From an uncultured virus (IMG/VR IMGVR_UViG_3300013004_000031) (lineage: Duplodnaviria > Heunggongvirae > Uroviricota > Caudoviricetes), in IMG/VR virus record IMGVR_UViG_3300013004_000031, positions 1 through 64,000 of that record: a stretch of 64,000 nt of DNA; one strand, written 5' to 3'. Below, piece after piece: positions 56,301 through 64,000 of the stretch. The notes under the pieces were generated by a model. It did not search any database, had not been told where the DNA came from, and was given only the letters and a program-made list of their open reading frames with translations. Within the stretch, counting starts at the first letter, position 1. Every line of letters starts with the position of its first letter. Position numbers and translations under genes: made by a program.

Positions 56301-57344
56301 GCAGGTGGATCAGGGACAGTAAATGCTCCTTCTCATACATTTACTGCGGAGTCAAGTTTAGGTATGTGGAGGGCTGGTACAAATATACTAGCTTTCTCTA
56401 CGGCTAGTTCTGAGAGGATGAGAATTGATGCTAATGGAAATGTCGGTGTCGGGACAACTACTCCAAATGAAAAATTAACAGTCTCGGGAAATATATCTGC
56501 CACCAATATATACTCCGGTAATATTGTATATAATACAGGTGATCAAAGTATTGCTGGCGATAAAACCTTCACAGATGACTTGATTTGTAATGGACAAATA
56601 ACAGCACCAAACCAGACATCCTCAACGAGCGATTCGGTTATTACAAAAAGTCTAGGTGATCTCTTATATACCCAAGCATTTGGTGGTTGGTCTATTCATA
56701 TAGATCAGAATACTGGATGGACTCCTTCACTTTTAGGCAGTGGCACGGCAGCTGCGTTTGGCGGAAACATACTTGCTTGTAATACCTCCACAGTATCTGG
56801 AAACAGGGCAGCTATATATGCTGGTGGTTATGCGCCTTATACTTATTGTCCTCCGGGGGGGACACATGCCAATAATAGTAATAGTGGTGTATATTTTGAT
56901 AGAAAATTGGTTTTTGGATTCAGAATCACTCACAACTATGGCAGTAACCAAGGCATTGCCGCCAATGCGGAAGGTTATTTAAGGTTTGGGGGAAACCGTG
57001 GTGATACCACATTTGGTCCTCTTACCGAGGCGGGAATCGGTGTATTTATTTCCAATAGATTTTTATATGGAATGGTTCATAATGGAACATCTTTAAACCA
57101 AACAACACTTCCAATTTATAATATGGCTGGATGGCCATATCCAGTTAATTACATTGAGATTTACAGCGATGGATTGGGAAATGTTTCATTTTTCAATAAT
57201 AGAACTTTAATTCAGACAATTTCAGGTGGACCTACAAGCAGAACCGGAACTGCAGGAACCGGAACATATTTCGGAGCAAGAACAAACGAGAACTTAAATC
57301 TATCATTATTTATCCCACAGGGATTGACACTAACATACCTATGA
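53322..57344 (+). CDS. Large virion protein: N-terminal coiled coil plus fiber-like C-terminal region
   Basis: About 440 aa E/K-rich coil, YASGGG linker, repeated ERMRI..NGNVG.GT..P.EKL.V.GN, Gly/Ser/Thr-rich; late motif upstream. Confidence 0.75.
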   Translation: MRLFSEKVSPTLTDSPLNIIKVQDFSEIFFGVYEVEINKNKYPVEKISEHNGDPVVSIPVEMGGKIANYPFVLTKGKFEVVFNEHSDYVDIFESKLEDFSEEEPDVIIEKNEIFIPEVIEDRKNEILLQIQEAKKNALIAAKKELEIRKSRQIKQIREESNTKKKALESYLESARENLVDEFTIISQRIKKEVFDSNDEKYLEIRETIDNKIEEIRDSLDESLKKDFSKSSQLIDKSIKQLVKDLYENNINPKVDKELHDIAVEIHEKVSEIDNNLNSKLKEKADLSLLEGVDKELSAIRDANIELNNSLNKGVQKALSRVGNVDKKVIQISEEFERKLDEKEQEVVSYFDEKLELVKEETLDITDEARKYFQNLIQESRNNLLTEIRKIKAEKPVEYVLETKKSGKVVKDWDSIEKEWNTKIHDKIENVKTDLRKYVAVYASGGGTNATQYQDGGTMNGDLTVVGTISASQYLGIPYPSENDTLDIVTSRGNITNNSIKVNNLSANSVNLTSVIEASAFITNGGTSSEFVKGDGSLDNTSYVKTTDMASTLILYATSAASDIGGYSRLVTSNLDPDYDDTAVNIPTGPITGTDQLIASLILDAGVIVGDVGIFATTTIGNVKKVAGSGSAGGSFHFHIYKRDSDGTEEFITASDPTSTVTSDFYSEFSSSAIFNNGVFADTDRLVLKFYGSKVGGGSSASFEFQFGGETPVRTLLPVPVSVLLSDYVPYTGATDNVDLGSRSLSSSKVSVNAGTVIEPSYNFTSDDNSGMWSPASDTLAWSTNGVERMRINANGNVGIGITSPRSKIDIVGNLTPNSHRFSQNSFVLDDTEGLMQFIAADSASYAGGLVFTSAPTSGNNKHWGLFAGGPSVSNNFSIRYATTSNNTTVNVFNDTELFTILKTGNVGVGTATPNEKLTVAGNTFVTGGLGIGATNTAAGTIQLGSNGSNGAPSIGWETTGFYKTAGNSVVFTSSGANATTFTAGGGISTLGNVAGGSGTVNAPSHTFTAESSLGMWRAGTNILAFSTASSERMRIDANGNVGVGTTTPNEKLTVSGNISATNIYSGNIVYNTGDQSIAGDKTFTDDLICNGQITAPNQTSSTSDSVITKSLGDLLYTQAFGGWSIHIDQNTGWTPSLLGSGTAAAFGGNILACNTSTVSGNRAAIYAGGYAPYTYCPPGGTHANNSNSGVYFDRKLVFGFRITHNYGSNQGIAANAEGYLRFGGNRGDTTFGPLTEAGIGVFISNRFLYGMVHNGTSLNQTTLPIYNMAGWPYPVNYIEIYSDGLGNVSFFNNRTLIQTISGGPTSRTGTAGTGTYFGARTNENLNLSLFIPQGLTLTYL

Positions 57345-57730
57345 TTACAAACAAAACACAAACACAAAAGGATATTGATCAGATTGAAAAACTAGCTGAC
57401 AATACAATCAGAGCTTTAAAGGCGGCGGTTTCATCACTGAACAACTCTTTTGATTATTTTTGGAGTTTACCTAATGATAGACTCGAATCAGTTATAAATG
57501 AACTTTTAGTAAAAGGAGTTTTTGAAGATATATTCGAGAAACATTTCAAAACAGCTACAGCATTTAATAATATTCTTGCATCTAATGGAGTTATGGATAT
57601 TAGATGCAAATCAGAAATACCGAAGGTGATGACCTTCGATGTGGAAGGTGTAAAAATATCTGAAAAAACACATGAATCAGAAGCGATTATGGAACCTGTG
57701 ATTGTAGAAGAATCTATTCTCGAAGAATAA
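57341..57730 (+). CDS. Hypothetical protein (possible fiber-associated chaperone)
   Basis: ATGA-coupled to the fiber gene. Confidence 0.55.
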   Translation: MITNKTQTQKDIDQIEKLADNTIRALKAAVSSLNNSFDYFWSLPNDRLESVINELLVKGVFEDIFEKHFKTATAFNNILASNGVMDIRCKSEIPKVMTFDVEGVKISEKTHESEAIMEPVIVEESILEE

Positions 57731-57738
57731 ATAATCCT

Positions 57739-58203
57739 ATGGGTTCTTTGGGATTATCAAAACGGAATAATAAGTTTCATCAAGGTTTCTACGCACCCAA
57801 AAATCTAAATAAATATGTCGGCAATATTGATAATATTATATACCGATCCGGTTTGGAATTAAAGTTGTTTCGCTTTTGTGATAATAATCCCAATGTGGTG
57901 GAATGGAATAGTGAGGACATTATTGTGCCTTATTTCGATACTCTTTTGAAAAAGAATCGTAAATATTTTATTGATGCCTATGTAAAGATACAGGAAGGGG
58001 ATATTGTCAAGAAATATTTGGTGGAAGTCAAGCCTTGGAAGCAGACGCAAGAGCCGAAAGCTGGGAAGGGTAAGAAGAAATCCAATCTGTTATATGAACA
58101 GGTTGCTTGGAAAAACAATTGTGACAAGTGGGCTTTCGCAAAAGAATTCGCCAAGAAACATGGGATGGAATTCATTATTATTACGGAAAAAGAACTAAAT
58201 TGA
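57739..58203 (+). CDS. 4: Head completion nuclease (T4 gp4-like, TnsA-type)
   Basis: QG.Y.P.N..KY.G, YRS..E, W.SE, Y..D, EVKP, N..KW and ITE.EL. Confidence 0.9.
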   Translation: MGSLGLSKRNNKFHQGFYAPKNLNKYVGNIDNIIYRSGLELKLFRFCDNNPNVVEWNSEDIIVPYFDTLLKKNRKYFIDAYVKIQEGDIVKKYLVEVKPWKQTQEPKAGKGKKKSNLLYEQVAWKNNCDKWAFAKEFAKKHGMEFIIITEKELN

Positions 58204-58236
58204 TATCAAAGTCCATTCATGGGACTAAATAATACT

Positions 58237-59997
58237 ATGGGTGGAAAGTATCATAGTAATAAAGATGTTATAGATCATTTCAAAAGAATACACTGTGATA
58301 AATACGATTATTCATTAGTTCATTATACTGGTAATCTAAATTTAGTCGATATCATATGTCAAAAACATGGAGTATTTAAGCAGTCTCCAAAAAAACATAA
58401 AATAGGTCATGGGTGTCATAAGTGTAATACCCAAAGAAAGCGAACTGAAGAGGAGGCAATTGAAGAGTTCAAAATAAAACACGGTAATAAATACGATTAT
58501 TCGGATTTGGAATATAAAAACGGTTCCAGTCTGATTAAAATAGGATGCCCAACTCATGGGTGGTTTTATCAAAAAGCCAGTGAACATAAAATCGGTTATG
58601 GGTGTGCTAAATGTGCCAATCACGAGAAAAGTCCCCCATATGAAGAATGGTTAAATTCGTGTGTTGAAAGACATAATAATTATTATGATTATTCTATTTC
58701 AAAATACGAAACATTGTCTAAATCAGTTAGAATAATTTGCCCAAAACATGGAATTTTCACACAAAAGGCGGGAACACATAGAAATGGTAGTGGTTGTAAA
58801 AAATGTGGGGATGATAGAAAAAGTTTGAAATATCAACAATTATTTACCACGGAATCTTATATAGAAAAGTTAGAAGAAAAACATGGTGATAAGTATGATT
58901 ATAGTAAGGTTAATTATACCACTTTAAAAAATCCTGTCACTCTTACATGTCCCAAACATGGAGACTTTACAAGATTTCCCCAAAATTTATTAAAAGGTGG
59001 TGGATGTGACAAATGTTTAGATGAAATCAGAGTTAAAAAATCTCTAACAAAAGTTAAAAAACATTTTAAACATAATAATTTCGAGTTGGTAATAGATGAA
59101 AGCAAGTTCAAGGGATTCAATAATGAGATATTTTTAACATGTTCAAAGCATGGAGAATTTGTAAGATTTCTTGATATGAATATTTTTGTTTTAAATCATC
59201 CGTGTTTAAAATGTGGGATGAAGATATCAAAATTGGAACAACGAGTGTCCGAAACGTTGGACGATCTTGGAATATCACACATCCAACACACTAGATATAA
59301 AGATGATAACGGTAAAATATACGAAATTGATATATTAACCCCTGATTTGAGTATAGGGTTTGAGATTAACGGACTTAGATATCATGGAGAAGTTATGGGT
59401 AAGGATTCTGACTATCATAGGTGGAAAACCGAAGAATGTTATAAACGAGGTATAAAATTGACACACATTTATGAAAATGAGATTATAGGATCAGACCACT
59501 TCAAACACAAAATTTTCAGAGAATTGGGATTGAGAACCCAAGCAAATGACTCGTGTGTATTTGAATATGTTGGAGATGATTCCATAAATGATTTTATAAT
59601 CAATAATCACCCATTGGGGTTGATGAAAAATTGTATTAATATGGTTTGTTGTAATGATGGAGATATATATGGTTGTATATCGTTTAAAGATAACACTGTA
59701 TTAAGAGTAGCCAATAAACACGATGTTGATATGTCTAAAGTGTTTCAATCTATGATAAGACAGTATATGAATGATCATGAATTAAATACAATAGTAAGTA
59801 ATGTGTTATTTGATTGGGATGATCTTACACTATTTGAAGAATCAGGATTTATCGTCAAAGATACCATCGAACCAGTTTGTTGGAAATTTATCAACGCGAA
59901 ACATGATAAGATTTACACCCACGATGAAGAATTATTGGCTGATAATGTTGATAAATTTTGGGATACTGGTGGATATTTGATGGAATTTTTGATTTAA
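58237..59997 (+). CDS. Putative homing endonuclease (repeated zinc-finger DUF723-like units plus Vsr/Hef-like nuclease domain)
   Basis: About five (H..KYDYS...CPKHG.F...GC.KC) repeats; EIDI...GFEING..YH; late motif TAAATA-atact-ATG. Confidence 0.8.
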   Translation: MGGKYHSNKDVIDHFKRIHCDKYDYSLVHYTGNLNLVDIICQKHGVFKQSPKKHKIGHGCHKCNTQRKRTEEEAIEEFKIKHGNKYDYSDLEYKNGSSLIKIGCPTHGWFYQKASEHKIGYGCAKCANHEKSPPYEEWLNSCVERHNNYYDYSISKYETLSKSVRIICPKHGIFTQKAGTHRNGSGCKKCGDDRKSLKYQQLFTTESYIEKLEEKHGDKYDYSKVNYTTLKNPVTLTCPKHGDFTRFPQNLLKGGGCDKCLDEIRVKKSLTKVKKHFKHNNFELVIDESKFKGFNNEIFLTCSKHGEFVRFLDMNIFVLNHPCLKCGMKISKLEQRVSETLDDLGISHIQHTRYKDDNGKIYEIDILTPDLSIGFEINGLRYHGEVMGKDSDYHRWKTEECYKRGIKLTHIYENEIIGSDHFKHKIFRELGLRTQANDSCVFEYVGDDSINDFIINNHPLGLMKNCINMVCCNDGDIYGCISFKDNTVLRVANKHDVDMSKVFQSMIRQYMNDHELNTIVSNVLFDWDDLTLFEESGFIVKDTIEPVCWKFINAKHDKIYTHDEELLADNVDKFWDTGGYLMEFLI

Positions 59998-60012
59998 AAC
60001 ATAAATAAGAAC

Positions 60013-60684
60013 ATGGCATTAAAACTAAAGCTGATGTACAATGATCCCACCAACTTCGATGGATTGGAAATTGTCGAAGAACAGACTAATCGTGGAAGTG
60101 GTAGTAATCTATATGTGCAGGGGGTTTACCTTGGTTCGGAGATTAATAAGAACGGGAGAATCTATCCAGAGCATGAGCTTGATCGTGAAATTAATCGGTA
60201 TCTGAATGAGATGGTTGTAACTAAACGATCACTTGGGGAATTAAATCATTCCAATACCAGTGAGGTAAATCCAGAGCGTGCATGTCACCTTGTTACTGAA
60301 CTCAGGAAAGATGGTAAGGCATGGGTTGGGAAATCAAAGATTCTCTCTGGAGAAGGCATGATATGTGGAAATATTGTTCGCGGACTCATCAATAATGGAG
60401 TTTCCCTCGGTATGAGTACTAGATCGCTTGGATCGTTGCGTGAAGCGTCTGGTCATAAGGTTGTGGAAAACATGCATTTGGTTGCAATCGACTGTGTTGC
60501 CGATCCATCATATCCAACAGCTTTTGTTGACGGTATTCTTGAAAGTAAAAGTTGGACTATTACCGAAAACGGTGATTACGAACAAATCTACGAGGACTTT
60601 GGCAAAGCTCTAAAAACACTTCCAAAACACGATGTTGATAATTATCTTCGCGCACAGATCATAAAGTTTATCCAACAAATCTAA
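60013..60684 (+). CDS. 21: Prohead protease (T4 gp21-like)
   Basis: NKNGRIYP, LGELNH, GMSTR.LGS and D.VADPS...AFV.GI.E. Confidence 0.95.
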   Translation: MALKLKLMYNDPTNFDGLEIVEEQTNRGSGSNLYVQGVYLGSEINKNGRIYPEHELDREINRYLNEMVVTKRSLGELNHSNTSEVNPERACHLVTELRKDGKAWVGKSKILSGEGMICGNIVRGLINNGVSLGMSTRSLGSLREASGHKVVENMHLVAIDCVADPSYPTAFVDGILESKSWTITENGDYEQIYEDFGKALKTLPKHDVDNYLRAQIIKFIQQI

Positions 60685-60692
60685 ATAATACT

Positions 60693-61229
60693 ATGGGCAA
60701 AACATATAAAGATTTGAAGAAACAGGGCAAGCACGTTTTCGATGGACCGGAAGTGAAACAGCGCAAGAATTTTGCCCCCGCAACCAAAACGGAAAAGCCG
60801 AAGAAGGGCAAAGGATCGTATAATCGCGGGAACGCTTTTGATGAGGATGAGGAATCCGGTGATGATAAGAGAACCAAACGTATTAAACAGGCTGAATCCA
60901 TGGGTTACAAGAAATTACCACAACATGATGCGGTTTGGACACATAAAGGTATGAAAATTTATGGAGTTAATAATCTCCCACCATTGAAAGATGAAAAAAA
61001 TGATGAGGATGAGGAAAAAGCCTGTTGGAAAGGTTACGAAAAGAAAGGCACCAAGAAAAAGGGTGGAAAGACTGTCAACAATTGTGTGAAGGAATCAACC
61101 GATCTCTCCAAATTCATTGAGGCTATCATGACCAATGATCATGCCCAAGCTCATAAACAACTCAAGGATGCTGTGAATTTCAAAATCCAACAGAGAATTG
61201 CTCAAGAAATCGACAATCCTTTGTTCTGA
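60693..61229 (+). CDS. Prohead-core-associated protein (gp67-like C-terminus; ArfA-like and CWKGY motifs)
   Basis: C-terminal FIEAIMTNDHAQAHKQL resembles T4 gp67; also KKGKGSYNR and CWKGYEKKG...NNCVKE. Confidence 0.6.
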   Translation: MGKTYKDLKKQGKHVFDGPEVKQRKNFAPATKTEKPKKGKGSYNRGNAFDEDEESGDDKRTKRIKQAESMGYKKLPQHDAVWTHKGMKIYGVNNLPPLKDEKNDEDEEKACWKGYEKKGTKKKGGKTVNNCVKESTDLSKFIEAIMTNDHAQAHKQLKDAVNFKIQQRIAQEIDNPLF

Positions 61230-61266
61230 TTTTCAAAAAATTCATACCCGATCTCTAAATAATAAT

Positions 61267-62154
61267 ATGAAGAAAAAAAGCACGAACCTTTTCTCGGAAG
61301 ACATCCAAAAAAGTCTGGGACTCAGCGATGAATCCATCAAGGCAATTCAGGAATCCCTTGAATCCAAGATTGATCTGGCCGTTGAAGCTGCCCTTTTGGA
61401 ACAGGATGAAGTATATGCCTCCAAACTCAAGACCCTGATGACATCCGTTGATAAGGATCGCACGGTCAAGATGAAAAAGATCATGGAAGCTTTTGATAGA
61501 GATAAGACCGCAAAGCTGGTCAAGGTTATCAAAAAGTATGAGCGCGAACAGAACGGCGATCTTCTCAAGTTCAAAAAACAACTTACGGAATCCGTTAGTG
61601 CTTTCCTTGACGAGTTCATTGATGAATCCATTCCAACCAAAGATATCAAGGAAGCTGTCAAGAACAAGACAGCCATGAATGTTCTGGAAAATCTCAAAAA
61701 GGTCTTTGCAATCGATCTTGCTGTCATGAAGGAATCCGTATCTGGGGCAATCGTGGAAGGTAAGAGTGAAATCGACAAGCTCCGCAATAAGAATGCTGAA
61801 CTTGAAAAGAACGTTCGCTTCCTCACCGAATCCAAGAACAAGTCGGAAGTCAAACTTTTCCTTGAAGGCAGAACTTCCAAGTATCCTGAAACCAAAAAGA
61901 ATTTTGTGAAGAAGGCTTTGGGAGACAAGTCCCTGCAATTCATTCAGGATAACTTTGATTACACCGTTCGCCTCTTTGAAAAACAAGAGAAAAAGCAACT
62001 GGAAACCATCAAGGAAGAAGCTGTTCAAAACCGCAAGCACAAGCCCGATTTCGTAAAAGAACAAAAAATTGTTACTGAAAAGGTAAATAATAATACGGAT
62101 GAAGAATCTGATCCTTATCTGGATGTTTTGAAACAACAAACATTCCGTAGGTAA
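61267..62154 (+). CDS. 22: Prohead core scaffolding protein (T4 gp22-like)
   Basis: Coiled coil with many xxE sites, between gp21 and gp23; start re-assigned after the late motif. Confidence 0.82.
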   Translation: MKKKSTNLFSEDIQKSLGLSDESIKAIQESLESKIDLAVEAALLEQDEVYASKLKTLMTSVDKDRTVKMKKIMEAFDRDKTAKLVKVIKKYEREQNGDLLKFKKQLTESVSAFLDEFIDESIPTKDIKEAVKNKTAMNVLENLKKVFAIDLAVMKESVSGAIVEGKSEIDKLRNKNAELEKNVRFLTESKNKSEVKLFLEGRTSKYPETKKNFVKKALGDKSLQFIQDNFDYTVRLFEKQEKKQLETIKEEAVQNRKHKPDFVKEQKIVTEKVNNNTDEESDPYLDVLKQQTFRR

Positions 62155-62217
62155 AAAATTTCCAACCCGCACTATGAGGAAGCAATTCCTGAACAATGTG
62201 AATAGAAAGTCAAATAT

Positions 62218-63684
62218 ATGAATAATCTACCATCTACTGATATCCAAGGCTCCAAGATGCAACAAGCAGTTGCCAAGTGGCGTAAGGTTCTCGATTATAG
62301 CTCGGACTCGATCCCAGCTATTCGGAACGAACACGTTTACAAGACCACTGCAATGCTCCTTGAGAACCAAGAACAGTGGTGCTACCAAGAATCGAATACT
62401 GCTGCCTCCGGTGGTGTGTTCGGTGCAACGACTTCCATTGGCAACGGTATCGCTAACAGCGACTCCTATGCTACTGGTGATGCTCGTCTGCCAAAGATTC
62501 TGATTCCTATGATTCGACGCACTTTCCCTGAATTGATTTCCAATGAGATCGTAGGCGTTCAGCCTATGGGTGGTCCTGTTGGTCTTGCTTTCGCTCTTCG
62601 TTACGCCTATCAAGGTGATACTCTGAGCGATAGTAGCATCGACGGCAAGACCTCTGGAGGTGGAACTGGTTCTAGCTTCGGTAATCAGCTTAAAGCTGCT
62701 TACGATGGTAGTACTGGTCTTCCAGACACCGAACTTGGTTATCAACTTCTGGACACACGTTTCACTGGCACATCTGCTGGATTCCTTTCGGGTAACACCG
62801 AACACTGGACATTCGCAGATCAAGACCGTGGTATTGCTGAACTTTTGAGCAACTACGAATTGACGGGTAAAATCCCTCAAATCGAACTCAAGTTTGAAAA
62901 GACCGCTGTTGAGGCCGGAACACGTAGATTAGCTACCCGCTGGTCGGTTGAGTTGGAACAAGACATCAAAAACATGAACGGTATCGATATCGATGGAGAA
63001 CTTACGAATGCAATGTCGTATGAAATCCAAGCCGAAATCGACCGCGAAGTTGTGATGCGTATGATCCAAACTGCCTTCAATGCTGGTGCTGGCGCAGGTT
63101 TCTCCATCTGGAGTCCTGTTAGTGCGGATGGACGTTGGACTGCTGAACGGAATCTTACCTTCTATCAACGCCTTATTATCGAAAGTGGTCGTATGGCTGC
63201 TCGTAACCGTAGAGGTGCCGCTAACTTTGTTATCGCCACTCCTCGTGTTTGCAGCATCCTCGAAATGCTTCCTGACTTTAAGGTTTACGAAATCAATGGC
63301 ACAGTCTCGACTGCTGGTGTTGGTATCGCAAAAGTTGGTACTGTTGGTAGCCGCTGGACGGTTTATCGTGATACTCGGACTGAAGTTCAGAATTCCTCGC
63401 TCTATAGCCCTAACTACTACTCTGGTCAAACCAGTGGTGTGGAATATGCGCTGTTGGGTTACAAGGGTTCTGAATACTATGATACTGGTCTGATATACTG
63501 TCCGTATATCCCGATCATGGTGCAAAGAACGATTGGACCAAATGATTTCGCTCCTCGTGTGGGTCTTATGACTCGTTACGGGATTGTGAACAACATTTTT
63601 GGTGCATCGCTCTATTACCACCTTATCATCGTAAAGGGTCTTGGTACTGCGTTTACACCGGGGTCGGTTTCAACCTACCTCTAA
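62218..63684 (+). CDS. 23: Major capsid protein (T4 gp23-like)
   Basis: LLENQ, GVQPM.GP.GL.FA.R, ELEQD, EIQAEIDRE, YCPYIP, F.PR.G..TRYG. Confidence 0.97.
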   Translation: MNNLPSTDIQGSKMQQAVAKWRKVLDYSSDSIPAIRNEHVYKTTAMLLENQEQWCYQESNTAASGGVFGATTSIGNGIANSDSYATGDARLPKILIPMIRRTFPELISNEIVGVQPMGGPVGLAFALRYAYQGDTLSDSSIDGKTSGGGTGSSFGNQLKAAYDGSTGLPDTELGYQLLDTRFTGTSAGFLSGNTEHWTFADQDRGIAELLSNYELTGKIPQIELKFEKTAVEAGTRRLATRWSVELEQDIKNMNGIDIDGELTNAMSYEIQAEIDREVVMRMIQTAFNAGAGAGFSIWSPVSADGRWTAERNLTFYQRLIIESGRMAARNRRGAANFVIATPRVCSILEMLPDFKVYEINGTVSTAGVGIAKVGTVGSRWTVYRDTRTEVQNSSLYSPNYYSGQTSGVEYALLGYKGSEYYDTGLIYCPYIPIMVQRTIGPNDFAPRVGLMTRYGIVNNIFGASLYYHLIIVKGLGTAFTPGSVSTYL

Positions 63685-63695
63685 GTCGTTAATAC

Positions 63696-64000
63696 TCAAG
63701 CAGTTACGCAAATCAAATCTGAAACCCAAGGTGCCGAAGACCCTTGGGTTTCCTCGTTTTTATAGGTATCGAATGTTCTTATCTCTGAAATATATTTTAT
63801 AACCGTCTTAACTGGAAATGGGTGTTTTGTAAGTTTGGTTCTCTTCTTGAAGACATATTCGCCGTTTGTTCTGATGCGCGAGAATACATGATCTTCTGTT
63901 TTATATTCAGTTAGAAAATCTCTGAGTGTTTTACTCTCAACGACAGACTTGCCATCGGGATATGATATCTCATACGTGACAATACCGAATCCATTATCTA
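63696..64000 (-). CDS. Partial (C-terminal) ORF convergent on gp23, possibly an endonuclease tail
   Basis: Open frame from the window end to TGA at 63698-63696 (DNGFGIVTYEISYPDGK...). Function is not assignable. Confidence 0.5.
   Translation of the reverse strand, partial: DNGFGIVTYEISYPDGKSVVESKTLRDFLTEYKTEDHVFSRIRTNGEYVFKKRTKLTKHPFPVKTVIKYISEIRTFDTYKNEETQGSSAPWVSDLICVTA
63721..63761 (+). terminator. Rho-independent terminator after gp23
   Basis: GAAACCCAAGG/CCTTGGGTTTC stem followed by CTCGTTTTT. Confidence 0.8.

Noticed and set aside
61255..63621. Long antisense ORFs opposite gp22 and gp23 (313, 198, 217 and 230 aa)
   Set aside because: They are shadows of strongly codon-biased genes, with no recognisable motifs or start signals.
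1..64000. Genome-wide stop-codon reassignment
   Set aside because: TAA, TAG and TGA all end conserved genes at expected lengths, and core genes are intact in the standard code.
1..64000. tRNA genes, CRISPR arrays, reverse transcriptase or diversity-generating retroelement
   Set aside because: None were recognised by eye and intergenic space is minimal. A tRNAscan or Infernal run would be needed to exclude small RNAs formally.

Overview
This window is about 64 kb of a large, AT-rich T4-like (myovirus-type) phage genome. Positions ~1.1-36.2 kb are mostly minus strand. They hold the replication/recombination module (gp61 primase, gp45 clamp, gp32 SSB, gp59-like loader, gp41 helicase, UvsX, gp43 polymerase, gp46/47, gp55 late sigma, UvsW, UvsY), interleaved with many small hypothetical genes. 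A non-coding strand-switch region at ~36.5-36.8 kb looks like an origin. Positions ~36.8-63.7 kb are mostly plus strand: candidate virion-internal proteins, phoH, a glycan-synthesis cluster, a large fiber-like protein, gp4, gp21, gp22 and gp23. The main observation is a TnpB cassette without tnpA (13412-14856). It interrupts a phage gene and carries a recoded replacement 5' end of that gene plus its own promoter. The displaced original 5' end sits where the omegaRNA guide would be, so the cassette looks like an RNA-guided homing element with built-in rescue and self-immunity. Other notable items: a parallel phoH remnant beside an HNH gene; gp46 split at the zinc hook by an inserted ORF; a mucin-like Thr-rich protein next to a ppGalNAc-T-like transferase; a small mimic of the gp23 N-arm; an ArfA-like motif fused to a gp67-like domain; and three promoter classes, including apparently leaderless late genes. 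All family calls are from motif recognition by eye; no database searches were run.
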